From positions 1 to 61,179 of the forward strand of contig JAOAGR010000010.1 in the NCBI GenBank assembly GCA_026415655.1: DNA of 61,179 bases, in the 5' to 3' direction. Below, one piece after another: positions 54,668 to 61,179 of the stretch (positions are counted from its first letter, which is position 1; every line of letters begins with the position of its first letter). Position numbers and translations under genes: made by a program. The notes below the pieces were generated by a model. It was not told where the DNA came from and did no database searches. It saw only the letters and a list, made by a program, of their open reading frames with translations. Source of the stretch: Candidatus Dojkabacteria bacterium (GTDB lineage Bacteria > Patescibacteriota > Dojkabacteria > JAOAGR01).

Positions 54668-55408
54668 ATGAAAAAGTTATCGATAATAATGCCCGCGTAC
54701 AATGAGGAAAAAACTCTGAGGGCTATAGTAGAGAAAGTGATTGAAGTGAAACTACCTGATGGATTTGAAAAAGAGATTATTATAGTTAACGATTGTTCAA
54801 AAGACAAAACGAAAGAGATAGCCGAAGAATTGGCAAAAACCTATAATAACATTATTTTGACAAATAACCCTCAGAACATGGGCAAGAGCCAATCTGTACG
54901 AAATGGTATCTTAAAATCTACTGGCGATGTAGTGATTATTCAAGACGCTGATTTAGAATATGAGCCGAGCGACTTTGCAGAAATGTTAAAAATGATGATA
55001 GAAAACGGATATGACGTTGTGTATGGAAATAGATTTGGCAGATCAAACAAAGTAATATATTGGCAAAATTACTTTGGAAATTTATTTTTATCCTTCATAT
55101 CAAATATATTTACTTTCCCACGTATCAAAACATATATTCCAGATATGGAAGTTTGTTATAAAATGGTCAGAGGTGATGTATTACGCGAGATTGCTCAAAA
55201 TATAACTTCAAAAAGCAATTTTGGTTTTGAACCCGAAGTAACAGCAAAACTATCAAAATACAAAATCACCGGAAGACCTCTTAAATTTGGCATATATCCG
55301 ATTTATTATTATGCGAGATCCATAGCTGATGGTAAAAAAATGAAAGCTATTGAAGATGGTATAAAAGCATTAAAAGAGATTGTTCATTATAATATTATTG
55401 ATAAATAA
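54668..55408 (+). CDS. Glycosyltransferase family 2 (polyprenol-phosphate glycosyltransferase-like)
   Basis: SIIMPAYNE, VNDCSKD, IQDADLEY, FGFEPEVTA. Confidence 0.92.
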   Translation: MKKLSIIMPAYNEEKTLRAIVEKVIEVKLPDGFEKEIIIVNDCSKDKTKEIAEELAKTYNNIILTNNPQNMGKSQSVRNGILKSTGDVVIIQDADLEYEPSDFAEMLKMMIENGYDVVYGNRFGRSNKVIYWQNYFGNLFLSFISNIFTFPRIKTYIPDMEVCYKMVRGDVLREIAQNITSKSNFGFEPEVTAKLSKYKITGRPLKFGIYPIYYYARSIADGKKMKAIEDGIKALKEIVHYNIIDK

Positions 55409-55555
55409 GTTATATAGATTTTACTCATAAAATAACTACAATTTTGGGCTGAAAATTTATTTAACAATATTCGGTTCTACAAATTATTATTTGTCTCTTT
55501 TGTTGGTACAAGTCAGCAATACCTTAGATAAACAAAGCATTATCTAATTAGCAAA

Positions 55556-57046
55556 CTAACACTGAATTATAATATTAGTTTTGTAAATACTTTTGTTTAT
55601 TACAATAAGGGAAATAGCATTTAACTCATACAATGATAGATTTTTACTGTTACAAAATTCATTTTTACTCAAAATATTTTCTTTTTGATTCAGAATTTCT
55701 GCTTTATATTCATTAAAAAATCCATTAGATGTATTTCTATTCACATGCCTAAGTCCATAGACTTCTGCATATAAGGCATTAAGATTACGCAAAAACACAG
55801 GAAATTCTTCTTTTCCCCGATCTATCACTACAGATAAAGGATAAGAACCTATAGAATTCGTATTGTCTAAACTCAAAATTATTCTTTCTGAGTTAGATAA
55901 AGGTATTAAATTACCAAAAAGTGCATGTGATGTACTAAAATACGAAGGGTAGAAAAACAAAATAAATATTACAACTAATTTAAAGATACTTCCCAATTTT
56001 ATATTATTTTTAATATCGAGTATGATTTTTATCATTAAACCAAATAATGGATATACAAACGGGAATAGATAAATCAAAAATCTTCTATCATTCCATTCAT
56101 ACAATACTATCCAAAAAACTAAGGTTATGATGCTACTGATTATCATAAATAAAAAAAGCTTTTTATCTACTTGGATTTTCTGATTAAAAATATAAAACAA
56201 AGGCAATATAAAAATAATCAAACCAAATACGCTAAATGAGTTGATAAAATAATAAAGCATCGAATTAAAATTTGGATCAATTAACTGAAATTGCATTTGC
56301 ATTACACTCGTGTATAAAGGGTCTCCATATCGAAACCATTTGTATAAAAGATATATACCATTAGGCAATGCAAATATAAGACCATTTATAGCCAAATTTT
56401 TTAAGATATTAATCACATATTTTTTTTCCAACCTTGGTTTACTAATCAAAAACATATAGATAACCCAAGCTGGTATCAGAAATGGTGAAAAATTTTGGAA
56501 AGTCCAAGAAATCCCAAGCAACAAAAATGAAATCTTACAATTATTATTCACAAGATAATAAAAGGCCATCACAATTAATGTCATTGCATACAAATCAGCA
56601 AGTATCAACAGGCTAAAACTCTGAATAAAATAATTCCACATAAGAACTAAAACTATAAAATAAGAAATAAATCTATTTTGCAGTAAATGATAAGTTATCC
56701 TAAAAATATAAAGGAGAAATAAACCAAGAACAATCTGATTTAATAATGGGAGCAAGTATAATATCTTGAGATTGTATAACATATGAATTATTAAAGACAA
56801 AGCAGGTTGACGCACAGATGTTTCATTAGAATCGAAAAAACGTATTCCATTTGCCAGCCAATCGAAGCTATCAGGAGTAAAAAATTTGTAGTTTGACAAA
56901 AATAATTCTTGGTCTAAAGGGGTAGCTAAATAAAATTTGATAAACAATAAAATAAATATTAACGACCAGAAAAATATTCCATAGTATCGTAGAGCAAAAG
57001 ACATTATATTTTTTTTAGAAAGTATCAGCATGACTTTTAGTTTCAT
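55556..57046 (-). CDS. Multi-pass membrane protein, GT-C-like
   Basis: TPDSFDW acidic motif after TM1, about 11 TM helices, WNDRRFLIY. Confidence 0.6.
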   Translation of the reverse strand: MKLKVMLILSKKNIMSFALRYYGIFFWSLIFILLFIKFYLATPLDQELFLSNYKFFTPDSFDWLANGIRFFDSNETSVRQPALSLIIHMLYNLKILYLLPLLNQIVLGLFLLYIFRITYHLLQNRFISYFIVLVLMWNYFIQSFSLLILADLYAMTLIVMAFYYLVNNNCKISFLLLGISWTFQNFSPFLIPAWVIYMFLISKPRLEKKYVINILKNLAINGLIFALPNGIYLLYKWFRYGDPLYTSVMQMQFQLIDPNFNSMLYYFINSFSVFGLIIFILPLFYIFNQKIQVDKKLFLFMIISSIITLVFWIVLYEWNDRRFLIYLFPFVYPLFGLMIKIILDIKNNIKLGSIFKLVVIFILFFYPSYFSTSHALFGNLIPLSNSERIILSLDNTNSIGSYPLSVVIDRGKEEFPVFLRNLNALYAEVYGLRHVNRNTSNGFFNEYKAEILNQKENILSKNEFCNSKNLSLYELNAISLIVINKSIYKTNIIIQC

Positions 57047-57166
57047 TATACAGCAATTATATCAATTAGATAGTTAATATGTTACCACCAATGATTGTTA
57101 TTTTATTTTACATAAGTGTGTATTTGTGAAAATATATTTTTTGCAGTATAATTATAAATTATAAAA

Positions 57167-57604
57167 ATGTCGCAAGAATTAAGAGCAAACGCATCAAAAA
57201 TATTACAAGAAAATAAGGATACAATAGCACAAGTTGGTGGAGGAATATTATTGGGTGTGGCGTCTGCCGCTGGCCTTCCTTATCTTCAGGCACACATTCC
57301 AATTCTAACGTATGAATACGTTCCCATAACACCAATCCTTTTATTTATAGGATCAAAGGCATTTCTTTCTCTCAATAACAAATTTCATTTTGCAAGGCAT
57401 ATATCCCCAAGAGTAAATGACTGTTTTAACGGATTAAACCGGATACTTCCTCTATCTTTTGTACTGTCATTTGCTATATCTTATTTCGGTGTAGGTATGT
57501 ATACTTTAGATATATTTCCTGATTCCTGGTCATGGTTTTCTGATGATTTATTTAAACAAATTAAAGAGTTATTTCCTGAGTGGTTACAACCATTTATACC
57601 TTAA
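57167..57604 (+). CDS. Hypothetical membrane protein
   Basis: Three hydrophobic segments. Confidence 0.5.
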   Translation: MSQELRANASKILQENKDTIAQVGGGILLGVASAAGLPYLQAHIPILTYEYVPITPILLFIGSKAFLSLNNKFHFARHISPRVNDCFNGLNRILPLSFVLSFAISYFGVGMYTLDIFPDSWSWFSDDLFKQIKELFPEWLQPFIP

Positions 57605-57800
57605 TTGAATATATATAAAATTATTCACATAAAATTTTTTAAAATCAATATTACCTGCATTAGGTTCATTTGCGTCTTGTTTATTTATTTCAATATTGAT
57701 CATACGTAAGATAATCCAACATGTCAATCATAAAAAACGAAAAAGGAGATATTGTACATTATAAATTTTTAATTAATTTGTAATATTATATAATATTACA

Positions 57801-58298
57801 ATGGATTTAGATAAAAAAATCCAAATTTTAAAAAGTCTTGGCATAGATGAGGTAAGCATTGCCGAAACAGGTATCAATAAAACAATACTTATTACAAATC
57901 TTCTAAAGGTTGATACAGATAATCTTCGCAAAATGGTGGAATATATAATTGAAAAGCCAAAGCTTCGAAATCTTAGTGTATTAGATAAAGTCAAATATCT
58001 CGCTGGTATGATTAAGAATAATTCTCGAAATAAAATGCACTATGAAGATATTATTAAACAAAAAATTGAAAGTATTAAAAAATTAGGTGTCAATGAGGCA
58101 TCAATAGCAGAAGAAGGAATAAATAAAGTTCAATTATTTGTAAGTATTTCTAGTGTCGAACCTGAAGATCTTGAAAAAATGGTCGGTATAATTCTAAGAA
58201 AAAGAAAATTGGCAAACGCATCCTTACTCGATAAAGTTAAATATCTTATAGGAATGATAAAAAACTATAATATTGCTAAAAATATTAAGTTTGAATAA
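57801..58298 (+). CDS. Hypothetical protein made of two similar ~75-aa domains
   Basis: KSLGIDEVSIAETGINK...LDKVKYLAGMIKN versus KKLGVNEASIAEEGINK...LDKVKYLIGMIKN. Confidence 0.65.
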   Translation: MDLDKKIQILKSLGIDEVSIAETGINKTILITNLLKVDTDNLRKMVEYIIEKPKLRNLSVLDKVKYLAGMIKNNSRNKMHYEDIIKQKIESIKKLGVNEASIAEEGINKVQLFVSISSVEPEDLEKMVGIILRKRKLANASLLDKVKYLIGMIKNYNIAKNIKFE

Positions 58299-58329
58299 TA
58301 TAGTATTACATACGGTTTCTTAATAAAGA

Positions 58330-58965
58330 ATGTCAAAAGACAGTTGGATACAAGACGATTGGCTATGGTTTTGGGGGTACATCATAGATGGTGAAAAAGT
58401 ATGTAGAGATGGTACTTTTCGAAAACTAGTTATGAGTTATTTAGAACTAGGCTACACCCTAATCAACGGTCCAACAGTTCCGTTTGATGATCCTCAAAAT
58501 AAAATCACTGATCTTAATGACATAGAAAAAGCGATCACTCGTGCCTGCAATTTTGACCAACGAAATAATAAACTGGTATTTTGGCGTCCTTTATTTGAGT
58601 TTCGAATGAAACTGTATAATCATCCTACAAACGTGTTGCTATGGGTACTTGACACTGATCTTGATCTTATCTTGGGGCCCAACTATGATGCTGGCGAAAA
58701 AAACATTATGGAGTTTATCGATTTAATCGAAGTTGTGCTGGAGACTATACCTACTGATTTTGGTTGTCTATTTACAAAAGACTCTCCACCAGATGAAGAG
58801 GATGTCGTCGAAGGTAGGATTCCGAATGTCTATCCTATAACCTACTTTTCAAATAAATTAATCGAAAAATATAAAGAGCAAATTATTCGATTAGGACCTG
58901 AAATCAACATTGAGATCTGTAGGGGAAGGATGATAACACTAAGCATTAAAGGAATATTGAAATAG
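58330..58965 (+). CDS. Hypothetical acidic protein, possibly a toxin-immunity protein
   Basis: Acidic and aromatic-rich; PNVYPITYFS...E.I motif reminiscent of immunity families. Confidence 0.45.
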   Translation: MSKDSWIQDDWLWFWGYIIDGEKVCRDGTFRKLVMSYLELGYTLINGPTVPFDDPQNKITDLNDIEKAITRACNFDQRNNKLVFWRPLFEFRMKLYNHPTNVLLWVLDTDLDLILGPNYDAGEKNIMEFIDLIEVVLETIPTDFGCLFTKDSPPDEEDVVEGRIPNVYPITYFSNKLIEKYKEQIIRLGPEINIEICRGRMITLSIKGILK

Positions 58966-58966
58966 A

Positions 58967-59674
58967 CTATTTTTGATCACTTCTCCATTGTAATGGTGGA
59001 TATATCATAATAGGTATCCCCACCCTAGTTTGTAAAAATTCAAATAACTTTTTTCTCTTATTGAAATCCACATTGTTATATAACGCGTAATAAAGATCAA
59101 GCTTGTAATCATCGCCCCAATATCCTAGCTTTTCACGAGCATACAGATATGTATCAAAACTACCTGTGATGGGTATTTGTATTCCTGGTCTAAATTTGAA
59201 AGCTATACACAGAAACTCATTTTCATACACCTCAGGTAATAAAAAAAGATTAGCAGGAGCGTAGACTAATGTACCAATCTTTGACAATGTTCCAACAGCA
59301 TTTACTACACCAGGCATCATCATCTCTTGAATAGCGATAAATTCGAGATCGGAATATTGATATCGATATTTTTTACCATCAGCTGTATGGACCTCAAACC
59401 CTTGTAAATCAAAAACAACACCCGAATTACCTCTATTGAAAAAGAATTGAAGTATATAATACACAGGTCCCAACATACCAAAGCCTATTCCACATAGGCT
59501 AACAAGGAAGTTCTGATCATTAAAAGCCAAAATACCTATGAGAAAAGAAAGAAACGAGAAAAATGCGATAATTATTTTTGTCCAATCTGACTGGCGTAAG
59601 TCTATTGAGTTCATAATTGGCATAATAAGTAATGCGAAACATATTGTCAATTTGTAATCTTTGTCAACATACAA
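58967..59674 (-). CDS. Hypothetical membrane protein (start uncertain)
   Basis: Two to three N-terminal TM helices plus a soluble domain. Confidence 0.5.
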   Translation of the reverse strand: MYVDKDYKLTICFALLIMPIMNSIDLRQSDWTKIIIAFFSFLSFLIGILAFNDQNFLVSLCGIGFGMLGPVYYILQFFFNRGNSGVVFDLQGFEVHTADGKKYRYQYSDLEFIAIQEMMMPGVVNAVGTLSKIGTLVYAPANLFLLPEVYENEFLCIAFKFRPGIQIPITGSFDTYLYAREKLGYWGDDYKLDLYYALYNNVDFNKRKKLFEFLQTRVGIPIMIYPPLQWRSDQK

Positions 59675-59790
59675 AAAATAAACTTGACCACGGTAAAAAT
59701 TGATTATCGAATGTCAATATAGACAATATAGTGGAATTTTCTATTTTCAATCCGGCCACTCCAACAATGCCCTAGTCTCCTGAGAGTTGT

Positions 59791-59826
59791 GTTTTTATTC
59801 CCATATGTCCCAAGTTGTGGTAAATC
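59791..59826 (+). CRISPR. Isolated CRISPR repeat, 34/36 identical, degenerate 3' end (TAAATC versus TAAACT)
   Basis: GTTTTTATTCCCATATGTCCCAAGTTGTGGTAAATC. Confidence 0.9.
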
Positions 59827-59906
59827 TCCCGTTCTTTCCATATATCTTTTCCCTTTGAATAATATAGGTATAAAAATATACTTCATATTTTTACCAAGTC
59901 ACAGTA

Positions 59907-59915
59907 TGGTAAAAT
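59907..59915 (+). promoter_or_regulatory. Extended -10 promoter motif upstream of the HNH ORF
   Basis: TG-G-TAAAAT ending 13 nt before ATG 59929; context GTCACAGTATGGTAAAAT resembles the repeat 3' end. Confidence 0.5.
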
Positions 59916-59928
59916 TAACAAAACGACA

Positions 59929-60420
59929 ATGCCAATATGTCATTTTAGTTTCTCAGAATGGAAGGAACGACATTGCAATAGGCACCATGTGATCCCCCAG
60001 TATCTCGGAAGAAGAAATCCATTTTACACCGATTTTGTTGAAAACGAATACAATATACTACCCGCTCATATTACCGTACACATAAACATCCACGCCCTCG
60101 CACGTCGAATTATTCGTGAATTGCCTTTCCAAGGGCAAGAGGTACCTGTAGCATCTTTTTGGACCGTGACACAAAATTTACACAGATTCAGAGACCTTCC
60201 TCCTAACACAAGAGAAATGGTCCGCTCAAATCTCATAAACTGCCTAGGGAATTTGCAACGCAGTGGGTTGATGAGTGATATATCGGCCGAACACCCATGG
60301 TTTTTAAATTTCCAAGGTTTAGAGGAACTATTAAAAACAGAATGTGAAAGCATAGATTATAATGTTGTTTTTCCGAATTTATCGACATCGATTTTAATTT
60401 CTTACTCCAAAACACAATAA
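59929..60420 (+). CDS. HNH-motif protein between the isolated repeat and the array
   Basis: RHHVIPQYLG...ENEYNILPAHITVHINIH matches HHxxP...N...H...H. Confidence 0.6.
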   Translation: MPICHFSFSEWKERHCNRHHVIPQYLGRRNPFYTDFVENEYNILPAHITVHINIHALARRIIRELPFQGQEVPVASFWTVTQNLHRFRDLPPNTREMVRSNLINCLGNLQRSGLMSDISAEHPWFLNFQGLEELLKTECESIDYNVVFPNLSTSILISYSKTQ

Positions 60421-60580
60421 CATTACAATATGGTTTTAAGGGCATCCATAATCGATGAAGGACTACATAAACCCCAATTCGTCTATACAGATACTGTTAC
60501 TGTTAGTATAAACGATGTCGAATCACTGAGCTGTGCAACGGACTATTGCACTACTTGAGGTGATTATAAGCGCTGTTTTG

Positions 60581-60947
60581 GTTTTTATTCCCATATGTCC
60601 CAAGTTGTGGTAAACTATGTTCTGATAATAACCAAGAATATTACCAGTTTTTATTCCCATATGTCCCAAGTTATGGTAAACTAATAAATTGTTAGTACCA
60701 TCTGACAAATACGTTTTTATTCCCATATGTCCCAAGTTGTGGTAAACTTGATTTACCTTTCTAGATGTACAAAATTTGCGTTTTTATTCCCATATGTCCC
60801 AAGTTGTGGTAAACTCCAAAATTTGATGGTTTGATCACACCTATTGTTTTTATTCCCATATGTCCCAAGTTGTGGTAAACTTATTTCCTGGCTTATTTGA
60901 GACTTTAAACCGTTTTTATTCCCATATGTCCCAAGTTGTGGTAAACT
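60581..60947 (+). CRISPR. Type II-C-like CRISPR array: six 36-bp repeats, five spacers (30, 30, 31, 30, 30 bp)
   Basis: Repeat GTTTTTATTCCCATATGTCCCAAGTTGTGGTAAACT at 60581, 60647 (one G>A), 60713, 60780, 60846, 60912; resembles the Campylobacter jejuni II-C repeat at both ends. Confidence 0.95.
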
Positions 60948-60962
60948 CTACCACAACTTTTT
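60933..60962 (+). terminator. Hairpin formed by the last repeat and its flank, followed by a T run
   Basis: AAGTTGTGGTA-AACTC-TACCACAACTT then TTT. Confidence 0.5.
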
Positions 60963-61010
60963 CCTTGTCCCAATCGAAAAATTCTGCATTCTAAACGCCA
61001 GAAAATTCAT

Positions 61011-61178
61011 CTAAAATAATGCACATTGCTTATCACTTATCAATTTTTCTTTTGGTTTAGTCTTACCTGTGATGATACGCATATACTTAAACTGTCTCTC
61101 CGTCAGTATCATAGCCCTTATAGCCCCTCTTTTGGGCGCATATCCTTCAAGTCGTTTCATATACTTATCTACCATAAC
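61011..61178 (-). CDS. cas2: CRISPR-associated Cas2, 3' part (truncated by window edge)
   Basis: Manual translation VMVDKYMKRLEGYAPKRGAIRAMILTERQFKYMRIITGKTKPKEKLISDKQCALF*, matching the type II Cas2 C-terminal pattern; next to the array. Confidence 0.8.
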   Translation of the reverse strand, partial: VMVDKYMKRLEGYAPKRGAIRAMILTERQFKYMRIITGKTKPKEKLISDKQCALF

Positions 61179-61179
61179 C

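Noticed and set aside
59827-60550. IS-like boundaries for the HNH block
   Set aside because: No convincing terminal inverted repeats or target-site duplication at either junction.
60523-60735. 70-aa minus-strand ORF with repeated HNLGHMGIKT
   Set aside because: Translation of the CRISPR repeats at 66-bp periodicity.
60617-60911. Self-targeting spacers
   Set aside because: No match to other parts of the window found by eye; a full search was not possible.
60948-61010. tracrRNA between the array and cas2, as in C. jejuni
   Set aside because: Complementarity covers only repeat positions 22-32, not the 5' GTTTTTATTCCC part that tracrRNA must pair with.

Overview
AT-rich bacterial chromosome segment. 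Its gene content (tig-secG-family 5 solute-binding protein, PrgI/VirB4-like pair, many membrane ORFans, no complete biosynthetic pathways) suggests a Patescibacteria/CPR organism; this is inference. The first ~35 kb is mostly housekeeping (tig, secG, parB, glmS, glmU-like, prfA, rpmE, ychF, dus, clpP, argS, ftsW, gpmI, thrC, phosphomannomutase, tRNA-Ser, tRNA-Pro). The right part is accessory: an interrupted type I R-M locus carrying a REP-associated transposase, a repeat-rich surface protein, a glycosylation cluster, ORFans, and a type II-C-like CRISPR array with the 3' end of cas2 at the window edge. The best candidate for a novel system is a 754-bp block with an HNH-motif ORF lying between an isolated CRISPR repeat (59791-59826) and the main array (60581-60947), behind a promoter-like motif resembling the repeat 3' end. 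Other notable points are in-frame TGA codons at positions where Trp is expected, and a shikimate-kinase-like plus threonine synthase pair. Many single-base homopolymer indels suggest an unpolished long-read consensus, so every gene disruption needs read-level confirmation. All protein assignments come from motif recognition; no database search was run.
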